Shown here: one piece after another, positions 8,417-17,445 of the stretch
Layout of the letters: every line of letters starts with the position of its first letter
How positions within the stretch are numbered: the first letter of the stretch is position 1
IMG/VR virus record: IMGVR_UViG_3300033067_000676
Location: 1 to 28,533 of that record
Reading direction: 5' to 3' (one strand)
From: a virus
Taxonomy: Duplodnaviria > Caudoviricetes
Length of the DNA: 28,533 nt
Notes under the pieces: generated by a model
What the model was told of the DNA's origin: nothing
The model's input: the letters and a program-made list of their open reading frames with translations, nothing else
The model's database searches: none
Program-made: the position numbers and the translations under genes

Positions 8417-9673
8417 ATGGGCAAAACGTATTCACATATCCCGATTGCAATTGCTGATATTTTCAGACTGATTATAGCTGAGGTGTCAACTAATTTGGCT
8501 GCTGAGGGTACGTTATCAATACCCCAAATTGCCTACATGCATGGTACTTTATCGGATATAAATAACCAACTTGCAAGTAAGACGAGAAACCCAAGCGCAA
8601 AGGCTTTGACGTTTCCAATGGTATTGTTTTTGTACAAGGCCGATGAACGGTTTACGGATAAATACAACGATGAAATAAATGTAGAAATTCTCATTTGCAC
8701 AAGTACTAAACCTACTTATACGAATGATGATAGATACAGTATTAATTTCTTACCTATCCTTTACCCTATCTATGCTGAGTTAAAATCAGTTATTGGCAAT
8801 AGTCGATATTTTTGGGGGTACAAACGCAAGTTTGAACATACCAAAACCGATTTACCACATGCTGGTCAGGAATCAGCAAATGGACCCGTTGCGCTAAACT
8901 TTAGCACTCATATAGATGCTATCATGCTATCAAATATGAAGTTGAAAGTAGCAGTTAGACCACTCGAAGTTGCACCACCGAACTATTGTCAATTCACTGC
9001 ATGTCCTTATGGTCGTGAAGTGTTTTATATCAATATTTTCAAAAGCGTTTCATTTAGTGGCTTAAACACAGCAATCATAACAGCATCGGTAGATGACTTC
9101 TATTTCCTTGATGCAAGTGGCGGTTTACCTGCACCTTTTGCACCTGAGATAGACTGGCAAGATGATGGTAATTGGATAGCCATGTCAGGCGGTCCACTTG
9201 CACCGTTCACAGCATCATTTGATGTCACAACGGGTTACGGTACTGGGTTCTATAAAGGCACTATTCGCTTTTCGGATGCATCGGTTAATTTCTATTACAA
9301 AGTAAAAGAAGGTAAGGTTTGTAAAATGACCACACTCATTGAGCAAGATGCAACTTTAGGACTTGACTGTAGAAATGATCCTGACTACCCTATCACTGTA
9401 GATACTACCCACACAATGGCATTGTATAATCCTGATGTGGTACCAGTAGGGCAAGAAGAAGAACCGATAATGGTAGGTTATGAATTGCAAGTATTTGGTG
9501 ATGTTATTAATACAGAAACATTTTTAGCAGTATTAACCCACACAGCGCAAAACACAGCCTACAGCGACTACCAAAGTGCAAACTATCAGATAAATAACAA
9601 CTTTTCGTATGGTGCCCAAAGTCCACTGATTAACAAATCTATTTTCAAAACGAGGTGTAAAACCTCACTTTAA
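8417..9673 (+). CDS. putative tail completion/terminator protein with a long C-terminal extension
   Basis: Directly upstream of the major tail gene; N-terminal ~180 aa contain TFPMVLF and RYSINFLPILYPIY; ~240-aa beta-rich C-terminus. Confidence 0.55.
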   Translation: MGKTYSHIPIAIADIFRLIIAEVSTNLAAEGTLSIPQIAYMHGTLSDINNQLASKTRNPSAKALTFPMVLFLYKADERFTDKYNDEINVEILICTSTKPTYTNDDRYSINFLPILYPIYAELKSVIGNSRYFWGYKRKFEHTKTDLPHAGQESANGPVALNFSTHIDAIMLSNMKLKVAVRPLEVAPPNYCQFTACPYGREVFYINIFKSVSFSGLNTAIITASVDDFYFLDASGGLPAPFAPEIDWQDDGNWIAMSGGPLAPFTASFDVTTGYGTGFYKGTIRFSDASVNFYYKVKEGKVCKMTTLIEQDATLGLDCRNDPDYPITVDTTHTMALYNPDVVPVGQEEEPIMVGYELQVFGDVINTETFLAVLTHTAQNTAYSDYQSANYQINNNFSYGAQSPLINKSIFKTRCKTSL

Positions 9674-9688
9674 AACCAATTAAAAAAA

Positions 9689-10651
9689 ATGGGAAAAATA
9701 CTTTATGATATTTTGAATATCAACAATAATGTAGCTAATACGGGGATTCCTGATATTAACTATGACCCCTCAAATATTGAGGGCGTGCTACTTGTAAAGC
9801 GTGGGGCGGTGATTACTAAGGCTGATGCTTTGGCTATCCAATCCTACATTGCAGGTAAATTAGCACATGATACAGCATCTCAAAGATGGTATCTTTTAAA
9901 ACGCTTTGAGGGATGCGAAGACAAAAAAACCGAGGGTGTATATACTGAATCAGGTTATGGCGTTCGTAGAAAGGTAAGAAATGGTAAATATGCCTGGAGA
10001 TGGGATTACAAAGATGGTGGTTTAGACCTTCATACCAAATTCTCAACATTTGACCGCAAGCACAATCAATTTGATGCTTTGTTAATCGATCCGGTAAATA
10101 ACTGTTTTTGGGGTACCAAATCAGGGAATGGCATGAAAGGCTATCGTCTTGACATGATAGACATTCCAAACTTTGATGCAAACAATGGAACTGAAACAAG
10201 CAAATACTACGTTGAATTGGTATTAGCAGATGCAAGAGAAATTAACCTTAACACTCGTATTCTTCCATTACCAGAAGATGTAAGTGTGTTAGAAGATTTC
10301 AACTCATTGCTTGATACTGAAATGCAAGTAGAAGTTGCCATGGATCCAACAGGTTTAGTATCGTTAGGATTCAAAGCAGGCAAAGCCGATTTATATCCGG
10401 ATTACAAAGGCGTATTGGATGAGCCTACCTTGTACACTGCAACTGTTTCAGATACGGGCGCAAGTCTTGATATTGATTCAGTAGCGGCCAATGATGCGAC
10501 TAACAACATTGATATTCAATTAGATGCATTAGACCCTGATTTCCCTGCAAGTGGTGCGTTAATTCGTATTCAATTTGGACCCGTGTCAGCAATTGAAACC
10601 GCAGGTATGCCAGGATATTCAGAAGCAGAGGTATCAACTGAGTTGGGATAA
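9689..10651 (+). CDS. major tail (tube) protein
   Basis: 320 aa, acidic; position between completion genes and tape measure; followed by a strong hairpin after the next small gene. Confidence 0.65.
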   Translation: MGKILYDILNINNNVANTGIPDINYDPSNIEGVLLVKRGAVITKADALAIQSYIAGKLAHDTASQRWYLLKRFEGCEDKKTEGVYTESGYGVRRKVRNGKYAWRWDYKDGGLDLHTKFSTFDRKHNQFDALLIDPVNNCFWGTKSGNGMKGYRLDMIDIPNFDANNGTETSKYYVELVLADAREINLNTRILPLPEDVSVLEDFNSLLDTEMQVEVAMDPTGLVSLGFKAGKADLYPDYKGVLDEPTLYTATVSDTGASLDIDSVAANDATNNIDIQLDALDPDFPASGALIRIQFGPVSAIETAGMPGYSEAEVSTELG

Positions 10652-10679
10652 TATTATTAACTTATAAATTAATTTAAAA

Positions 10680-10874
10680 ATGGCAAATACTATAGTATTT
10701 AAAAAGAAAAAGTTTAACGCATTATCAGTGCTGAAAAGTAAAAGTGCTGATGAGCTTGTTAAGCGATACAAAGTACTTTATCCAACCTTCACAGAAGCTG
10801 AGGTAAGAGAATTGTATAAACTTGCAAAGGGTCCTGATGCTGAAAAAGTAGTTAAGGAAAAAACCGAAAAATAA
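10680..10874 (+). CDS. small hypothetical protein
   Basis: 64-aa ORF with an A-rich leader. Confidence 0.7.
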   Translation: MANTIVFKKKKFNALSVLKSKSADELVKRYKVLYPTFTEAEVRELYKLAKGPDAEKVVKEKTEK

Positions 10875-10881
10875 AATATAC

Positions 10882-10904
10882 GGGTGTCGTGTAATGCGAC
10901 ACCC
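10882..10904 (+). terminator. intergenic hairpin (weak terminator or mRNA stabiliser)
   Basis: GGGTGTCGTG-TAA-TGCGACACCC, a 10-bp stem with two G-U pairs on +, followed by CAATTTT. Confidence 0.55.
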
Positions 10905-10916
10905 CAATTTTAAAAC

Positions 10917-11360
10917 ATGACTACTATACATGAGATGCTTAGACGGGTGCAGGCGGTTGATCTGCAAAAGGCAGGTACTAACATCGTAGCCAATACCAAA
11001 CCAGAACTAATCACAAAGAACAAAGAGCAATTAATGGATAGTGGCGTGAATCGGTTAGGCGTTAAACTTCGCAAGTATCGTTCAAATAGCTACGCAGCTC
11101 GTAAACACGCAATTAACCCATTCCCTGGATTTGGTAATCCTGACTTATACAGAACGGGTGCGTTTCAACAAGGGTTTAAATTGAAGCTGACAAGTAGCAA
11201 TAAGTTTGAAATATACAGTGATGATAGCAAATCAAAGATGTTAACTGAAAAATATGGAAGTGACATTTTTGGACTTACAGAAGAAAGCAAAAACGAATAT
11301 CGACAAGAAGTGATGCACCCCGAGTTGGTGAAAGAATTAAAGAAAACATTAAAAATATAA
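10917..11360 (+). CDS. putative neck/tail morphogenesis protein (HK97 gp10-like)
   Basis: Basic 147 aa with PDLYRTGAF and KYGSDIFGLT motifs; in the tail operon. Confidence 0.55.
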   Translation: MTTIHEMLRRVQAVDLQKAGTNIVANTKPELITKNKEQLMDSGVNRLGVKLRKYRSNSYAARKHAINPFPGFGNPDLYRTGAFQQGFKLKLTSSNKFEIYSDDSKSKMLTEKYGSDIFGLTEESKNEYRQEVMHPELVKELKKTLKI

Positions 11361-12058
11361 TGACTACAGTATTGAAATATAATTTATTTACAAGGCTAAA
11401 AAATATCATCAGCAAGGGTAACAAATCCATGGTTGAGATAAACACCCCTTTGAAACTATATCGTTCAATACACGAGTTGCCAATGACCATTTTCATTGAC
11501 TGCTTTTGCGATAGGCTGTATGAAAAATTAATATTGCAAGGCAAAGCCACAGCAGAAGAATTAAACGAGGCATGGACTGACATCATGCAACAATACACCG
11601 AACTTATAGGCGGTTCAGAGGTTAAGGTAAAACTATACAACATCAAGCAATTAGCACGCCTTGAAAGTAAGTTGATACGAATTGACAGCCTATTAAAAAC
11701 AATATCCATTAAACCACATGAGCAGTTATTTTCAATGCTGTATGAGTTTGGATATTCGCTACCGAAGAAAGAATATACACTGTCAAATTTAGACACAGTA
11801 TTAAAAATATTTATCGGTCATTACCGTCTTGACAAAACAAAGTACAAGATGATGACTGAGGGTTTTATTGCTAAGTCAAAAACTGAGCACACAACCGATA
11901 GAAACGAATTTACTAAGAACTTGATAAAGGTATCTGTAGCTTTTAAAATGCCAGCAATATCGATTACAAGTATCACAGTAGCGCAATATTGCAATTACAT
12001 GATAGAGTATGCGGATTACTGCGATAGTCTTGAAAAGCAAAACCAAAAGCACAAATGA
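11360..12058 (+). CDS. hypothetical protein, possible tail assembly chaperone
   Basis: Helical 232 aa upstream of the tape measure; C-terminal ITVAQYCNY resembles chaperone ends; TAATG coupling. Confidence 0.55.
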   Translation: MTTVLKYNLFTRLKNIISKGNKSMVEINTPLKLYRSIHELPMTIFIDCFCDRLYEKLILQGKATAEELNEAWTDIMQQYTELIGGSEVKVKLYNIKQLARLESKLIRIDSLLKTISIKPHEQLFSMLYEFGYSLPKKEYTLSNLDTVLKIFIGHYRLDKTKYKMMTEGFIAKSKTEHTTDRNEFTKNLIKVSVAFKMPAISITSITVAQYCNYMIEYADYCDSLEKQNQKHK

Positions 12059-12156
12059 TTTTACTACTATATGCCTTAGTTGGGTACTTACTGTGTGGGA
12101 TCATCATCAGTTGGGCGGCAGGTGATTTTGACGATAGATTTAATAAACGAAAATGA
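12055..12156 (+). CDS. 33-aa single-TM peptide (not in ORF track)
   Basis: MILLLYALVGYLLCGIIISWAAGDFDDRFNKRK*; ATGA overlaps at both ends. Confidence 0.6.
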   Translation: MILLLYALVGYLLCGIIISWAAGDFDDRFNKRK

Positions 12157-12269
12157 ATATAATATTTTTTACAATAGGTTTTTTTGTTGGCGTGGCATCG
12201 CTCATGTTGTTGCGCACTGTACTCTATAAAACAAATAGAATAGCTGAAAAATGGCAGATGAAAGAATAG
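12153..12269 (+). CDS. 38-aa single-TM peptide (not in ORF track)
   Basis: MNIIFFTIGFFVGVASLMLLRTVLYKTNRIAEKWQMKE*; ATGA-coupled and overlaps the tape-measure start. Confidence 0.55.
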   Translation: MNIIFFTIGFFVGVASLMLLRTVLYKTNRIAEKWQMKE

Positions 12270-14977
12270 ATAGTATAATCGGAAAACAGGCGTTTGACGA
12301 GGTTGAGCGTCTGGAGACGGGGTTGAAAGGCCTTGTTGATACTTTCATTAAGTCAAGTAATGCGGCTAAGTTATTGGAAGCGGCGTTGCTAAAGGAAACT
12401 ACTATTAAAGGGGTGAATAATGCGATAAAAAGCCAAAAGGCAGCACTTTCAGACCTTGACAAACAAGTAAAGGAAATGGAAGCAGCTAAGGCAAGATTGG
12501 CTAAGGCTGAATCTGATCATGGCAAAGCACTGGCGGCTACAGCTATTGAGATACAAAAACAAAATACAGCTAATAAAAACGCTGCAAGGGAAGCACAAGC
12601 GGCGGTTGATTCTGTAAATAAAATGAGTGCAGCTCTCATCAGGCTTCGCAATCAATACGATGCGTTAAGTAAAGCAGAAAGGGAAGGTGCAAAGGGTAAA
12701 GGCTTACTAGGAAATATACAGGCATTAGATATTGAATTAAAAGCTATTGACGGTAGCCTTGGGCGGTTTTCTCGCAATGTTGGTAATTATGGCATGGTTG
12801 CTGACCAATTAAAAAACCACTTAGCAAGTTTAACAGCACAGTTTAGAAACATGGACGCTTCTGCGCGTGTAGGTCCACAAGGTTTAGAATTGGAACGTAG
12901 TATTAAAAGTACTACCAATGCTATTCAATTATTAAATGCTCAAACGGGGCCTGCAACAGCTAATACAAATCGTTATGCAAATGCGACAATGTCACTTTCG
13001 CAAGTATTTCGTGAGATACCTGCATTTACATATAGCGCACAAACGGGAATATTAGGTATATCAAACAATTTACCCATACTTGCTGACCAATTTAAGGCAG
13101 TTTCTAAAGAAGTAAATGCCACAACGGGCAAGATTAACGGTACGGTTGGGGCATTGAAAATATTTGCAGGTTCTATTTTCTCAATGGGTAATATATTCAC
13201 TATTGCCCTGGGTTTGTTTACGATATTTTCAAAACAAATATTTGAGTTTTTCAGTGGTACTAAAAAAGCAACCGAAGCCACAAATGATTTAGCTAAAGCA
13301 ATAGGAACGGAAACGGGCAAATTTGAAGGGCTTGTAAGGCAATTAGACAATCATAATTTGTCTACTAAAGAGAGATTGAGAGCCGCAAAGGAGTTGAAAG
13401 ACATGTACCCTACAGCACTTAATAATTATTCATTAGAAGAAATTGCAGCAGGCAAAGCGGCCGATGCTATCATGAGAATTAAAGATGCATTGATAGCAGT
13501 TGCCATGGCTAGAGCTGCGCAAACCGACCTTGATAAATTAGCAGGTAAATTGTATGAGAATGAAAAGAATATAGCCGATAAAAGAGCGCAATTAATTACA
13601 AAGACGGCTTTACTCGAGAAAACAAAATCAAGACGTGGTGAGGGGCAAATAGGTTCTACAGGCATTAGCGCGGGGAGTGAAGAATACGGACGTGCTTATC
13701 AAAGTGTCGTTAATCTTGTTGATGGCATCAGAGATTTAGAGAAAGAAAATCGTGATTTAGAAAATCAAATGAACCGTACTGCAGATGCTATTGGTAGATT
13801 TAATTCACAAGCAAATAAGGGTGGTATCAGTGGCGATGGTAAAGACATGAGCAAAGGTGGCAAAACACCCCAAAGCAAAGAGAGTTTAACCAAACCAGAA
13901 ATCAATCCAAATCTTTCAGATACTGATTTAGCCGATTTAAAAGCCTACTATGAAAACTTAAGACGTGCGCAAGTTGATGCACTTGGTGAGATGGTTGGTG
14001 ACCCTGAATCGATGGCAGCCTTTGAAAAGTTTTTGATTGGTGATCTTGATAATCCCATCAGTGACGAAGCGGCTAAAGATTTGGCAAAGTCATTGGAGGA
14101 GTGGTCAAAGAAAAATGCAGATGATTTAGCTATAAAACTTCAATTAAAAGTAGATACCGAAAAGTTCATCAAAGAGCTTGAAATTATTGTAGGCATTGTG
14201 CAAACTGCAACTGACATGTTAGGTGTAATATCAGATGCACAGTACAATCGCGAGATGATGCAAATCGATAATCGTGAAAAGCGTCAACAGGAAGTTTATG
14301 ATGCTGAATTAAAACGCATCAATTCATCATATACAAATCAAGCGGATAAGGCTCGTGAACTTGCTAAAATCGAAGCGGTTAGGGAAGCACAACAAAAAAG
14401 AATTGACAGAGATAGAATCAGTGCAGAAAGAAAAAGGGCGCAACAGCAGAAAGCCTATGACATTGCTAATATCACAACATCAACAGCTTTGGCAGTTATC
14501 AAAGCCTATACAGAAGGCGATCCTTATACTAAAGTAGCACGTGCGATACTTGCAGGCGCAGCGGGTGCGGTGTCACTCGCTAAGGCGGTCGCTGCACCAA
14601 TTCCACAATACGCAAAAGGCACTGATAATCATCCAGGCGGTTTTGCCTTAGTGGGTGAAGCAGGAACGGAAAGGGTTAACCTTCCTGATGGTAGTAGTTT
14701 CTTAACCAATGGCCCGACAATTATGGACCTTCCAAAACGTACTGAGGTAATATCTAATCAGGAACTAATGGCACCACTTATGGCACTTGCTTACAAAAAG
14801 TTAGGCAATGGCAATGTAGTTACTACAGATGCATTAGGTGAAGCTTTAATTGAATCCTTTGAAGAAAATACCACTGAGATAAAACTTCTTAGAAAAGACA
14901 TCAAGGAAAGCAAGACAAGCGTAAACATTCATGGCAATTTCGACCATTACATTCATGTTCAAAACAATATTAGATAA
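12251..14977 (+). CDS. tail tape measure protein
   Basis: 908 aa, Ala/Lys/Glu-rich coiled coil; RNVGNY motif; hydrophobic segment; C-terminal QYAKGTDNHPGGFALVGEAGTE. Confidence 0.9.
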   Translation: MADERIDSIIGKQAFDEVERLETGLKGLVDTFIKSSNAAKLLEAALLKETTIKGVNNAIKSQKAALSDLDKQVKEMEAAKARLAKAESDHGKALAATAIEIQKQNTANKNAAREAQAAVDSVNKMSAALIRLRNQYDALSKAEREGAKGKGLLGNIQALDIELKAIDGSLGRFSRNVGNYGMVADQLKNHLASLTAQFRNMDASARVGPQGLELERSIKSTTNAIQLLNAQTGPATANTNRYANATMSLSQVFREIPAFTYSAQTGILGISNNLPILADQFKAVSKEVNATTGKINGTVGALKIFAGSIFSMGNIFTIALGLFTIFSKQIFEFFSGTKKATEATNDLAKAIGTETGKFEGLVRQLDNHNLSTKERLRAAKELKDMYPTALNNYSLEEIAAGKAADAIMRIKDALIAVAMARAAQTDLDKLAGKLYENEKNIADKRAQLITKTALLEKTKSRRGEGQIGSTGISAGSEEYGRAYQSVVNLVDGIRDLEKENRDLENQMNRTADAIGRFNSQANKGGISGDGKDMSKGGKTPQSKESLTKPEINPNLSDTDLADLKAYYENLRRAQVDALGEMVGDPESMAAFEKFLIGDLDNPISDEAAKDLAKSLEEWSKKNADDLAIKLQLKVDTEKFIKELEIIVGIVQTATDMLGVISDAQYNREMMQIDNREKRQQEVYDAELKRINSSYTNQADKARELAKIEAVREAQQKRIDRDRISAERKRAQQQKAYDIANITTSTALAVIKAYTEGDPYTKVARAILAGAAGAVSLAKAVAAPIPQYAKGTDNHPGGFALVGEAGTERVNLPDGSSFLTNGPTIMDLPKRTEVISNQELMAPLMALAYKKLGNGNVVTTDALGEALIESFEENTTEIKLLRKDIKESKTSVNIHGNFDHYIHVQNNIR

Positions 14978-17187
14978 TGGGAAGGCCAAAAGGATTTAAA
15001 TATTATTTGCGTTACGATGTGTCAGGCACAAAGCATTACTATTATGTTGATACTAATGGAGATGTTCAAACTACGACCACTAAAACACAATTACAATTTG
15101 CACCTAAAGGATGGCGTGACAAGTCGTTAAAATGGGAACGTGGATTTGTGTATCATGGCATTTTTCAAACATTCACCATACCCTTAGAATTTGTAAAAGA
15201 CGGTGCGAAAATACTTAGATACTTGCATGTGAATTATGGCACAGAAGCTGAATGTGAATTTTATATTGAGAAATGGAACGGTACTATTGCAGTCTTTGAC
15301 TATGAACCTTACTATTATGGTGATATTGATTTTAGCAGGTTCAATTCACGTCAGGACTTTGTCAATAGTGAAGTAATGGAAGGGGGTTTTATGGCTAAAT
15401 TAAAGGCTAAGGAAACAACGGATTATGAAATACCCATTACTGATTCTCCCTTTCGTATTTGGGTAAATATGGATGGATTGGAGTTATTGGCGGTGTTTAC
15501 GTTTGTTGGAATTGAACAACCTTTAGATTTATCACCACCTACTTATGTTGCATCGACTCGTGAGAACTTTCCGACATTGTTATATGCAATGACAGAGGGG
15601 TATGCTAACGGCGATCATAATCCAAAAGGGTTAGGTTTTATTGCTACATTTCAGCAAATGTTTAGCCAGACATACGCTGGTGTTGCAGATAAGATAACGG
15701 TAAATAGTTCTGACAAATGGATTATACACAATACAAGTAGCACACTGTCATATAGCTATAACTTAAAAGGTAGATTAAAATTCGATCATCAGAACTCAGC
15801 CATTGCCACAAGGACAACTAATGTTTACATATTTGTAAATAACGCATCTGCATTAGGAACAGCAGTAACAAAATACACAATTGCAACGGGTGGAACTATA
15901 CCAGGGTTAGGGACGCTATCAGAAGAAATACTATTTGATTATGACATCACCCTGCATCCAAATGAGCAGTTATGGTTTTTCTTTCGCCATACTGGGGTAA
16001 TTGGTGAGGTTTCATATCATCTTGAAAAGTGTGATATGCAAATATCTGTATTGAACAAAATTAAGCAATCCTACATACCTGCTTTGCGTAATTTCATTGC
16101 AGGCGAGATATTGGTAGATTTAATCAATGATAGCACTGCTTTAGATTCTACCCTACTTGAAACAACCGAGATACAAAAAGTACTTACAAGCGGTGATGCT
16201 TTGCGTGGACTTGAAAAAGCACAACTAAAAACCAATTGGCAGGATTATTATAAATCAAACTATGCCTTACACAATATCTGTATGCAATTCGACAAACCAA
16301 ACGATACTGTTAAATTGTTGCGTATAGAAGATGCCTATGATGAAGCTACGCAAATACTTGACCTTGGTGAAATATCAAACTTTACACATTACCCTTTAAC
16401 GAGTGAAATGTTTGCCAAATTGAAAATTGGATATCCTGATGTGAAGTTTGACGAAGTGAACGGTAAAGATGAATTTAATATCGAACACAAATACCAATCA
16501 CCATTGATAAGGGTTATAAATGAAAAAGACTTTACGAGCGAGTATCATGCAAGTATGTATGAAATAGAGCAGACGAGAGCAAATCTAACGGGTAAAACCT
16601 TGGCCGATAATGAGAGCGACAATACAGTTTTTTGGCTTGATATTGAACCAACAGCAAGTGGTACAATACCCATAGGATTGCCAGGCGCAGGTGAAGACTA
16701 TTATAATTTAAATCGGTCAGGCTATTCAGTAACAGCAGGTTTAGTGTCACCAAATTCAGCCTTTAATCTTTACCTATCACCTAAATTAATGCTATTTAGA
16801 CATGGTAATTGGATTAATAGTGTATTACACCCCCAATTTGATTTGAATGGAAATATCACATTCCAAACATCAAGTAAAACGCAAAACGACAATGAGTTTT
16901 TGATTTGGAATAATGGCAGTGTAATCAACGAAAAACAAACAGAAGCTTTACAGGATTTATCGGGTGCGATATTCTACCCAATTGTATTTGAATTTGATTC
17001 AGTTATACCTCAAAATATACTTTCGATATTAGAATCCAATCCTTACGGTAAGGTTCGATTTGAATCAAATGGACTTGAATATTTCGGCTTTATTCTATCA
17101 ATGCAAGATGAGCCCGTAACTAAACCAAAACAAACGTATAAACTACTATGTAGCGTGTCTACAGATTTAGACAACTTAATAAGATGA
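14977..17187 (+). CDS. tail tip/baseplate structural protein
   Basis: 736 aa directly after the tape measure (TAATG coupling); KIGY...NGKDEFN motif; beta-rich. Confidence 0.7.
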   Translation: MGRPKGFKYYLRYDVSGTKHYYYVDTNGDVQTTTTKTQLQFAPKGWRDKSLKWERGFVYHGIFQTFTIPLEFVKDGAKILRYLHVNYGTEAECEFYIEKWNGTIAVFDYEPYYYGDIDFSRFNSRQDFVNSEVMEGGFMAKLKAKETTDYEIPITDSPFRIWVNMDGLELLAVFTFVGIEQPLDLSPPTYVASTRENFPTLLYAMTEGYANGDHNPKGLGFIATFQQMFSQTYAGVADKITVNSSDKWIIHNTSSTLSYSYNLKGRLKFDHQNSAIATRTTNVYIFVNNASALGTAVTKYTIATGGTIPGLGTLSEEILFDYDITLHPNEQLWFFFRHTGVIGEVSYHLEKCDMQISVLNKIKQSYIPALRNFIAGEILVDLINDSTALDSTLLETTEIQKVLTSGDALRGLEKAQLKTNWQDYYKSNYALHNICMQFDKPNDTVKLLRIEDAYDEATQILDLGEISNFTHYPLTSEMFAKLKIGYPDVKFDEVNGKDEFNIEHKYQSPLIRVINEKDFTSEYHASMYEIEQTRANLTGKTLADNESDNTVFWLDIEPTASGTIPIGLPGAGEDYYNLNRSGYSVTAGLVSPNSAFNLYLSPKLMLFRHGNWINSVLHPQFDLNGNITFQTSSKTQNDNEFLIWNNGSVINEKQTEALQDLSGAIFYPIVFEFDSVIPQNILSILESNPYGKVRFESNGLEYFGFILSMQDEPVTKPKQTYKLLCSVSTDLDNLIR

Positions 17188-17189
17188 GA

Positions 17190-17408
17190 TTAGTAATTTT
17201 CAATACAGCTTTTGCCAGTTGCAGTTTGATACTGCACTCTTTCTGTATTGTCCTTAAAGTACTTTTTTACTTTACCATTCGTGGAAGGCACACCGTTACC
17301 CAAAGAATCGTAAACAGTGTCATAGCAGGTATAGTTTTTCTTATCGCAACTTGTAATCGTACCAATGGCAAACAAGCCAACCAACAGCCCAAAAATTACC
17401 TTTTTCAT
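17190..17408 (-). CDS. small lipoprotein (moron; candidate superinfection-exclusion protein)
   Basis: MKKVIFGLLVGLFAIGTITS-C-DKK lipobox; exactly fills the gap between two + strand tail genes; two further Cys. Confidence 0.8.
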   Translation of the reverse strand: MKKVIFGLLVGLFAIGTITSCDKKNYTCYDTVYDSLGNGVPSTNGKVKKYFKDNTERVQYQTATGKSCIENY

Positions 17409-17423
17409 AGTTTATATTTTACA

Positions 17424-17431
17424 CAAATATA
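17424..17431 (-). promoter_or_regulatory. -7 box for the antisense lipoprotein gene
   Basis: CAAATATA on + equals TATATTTG on -, 15 nt upstream of the ATG at 17408. Confidence 0.65.
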
Positions 17432-17445
17432 CAAAAATCTTATAA

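Noticed and set aside
10851-10917. Programmed frameshift or read-through joining 10680 to 10917 (tail chaperone G/GT style)
   Set aside because: The A run is not an in-frame slippery heptamer, the -1 frame stops within the hairpin, and the 0 frame has a second TAA before 10917.
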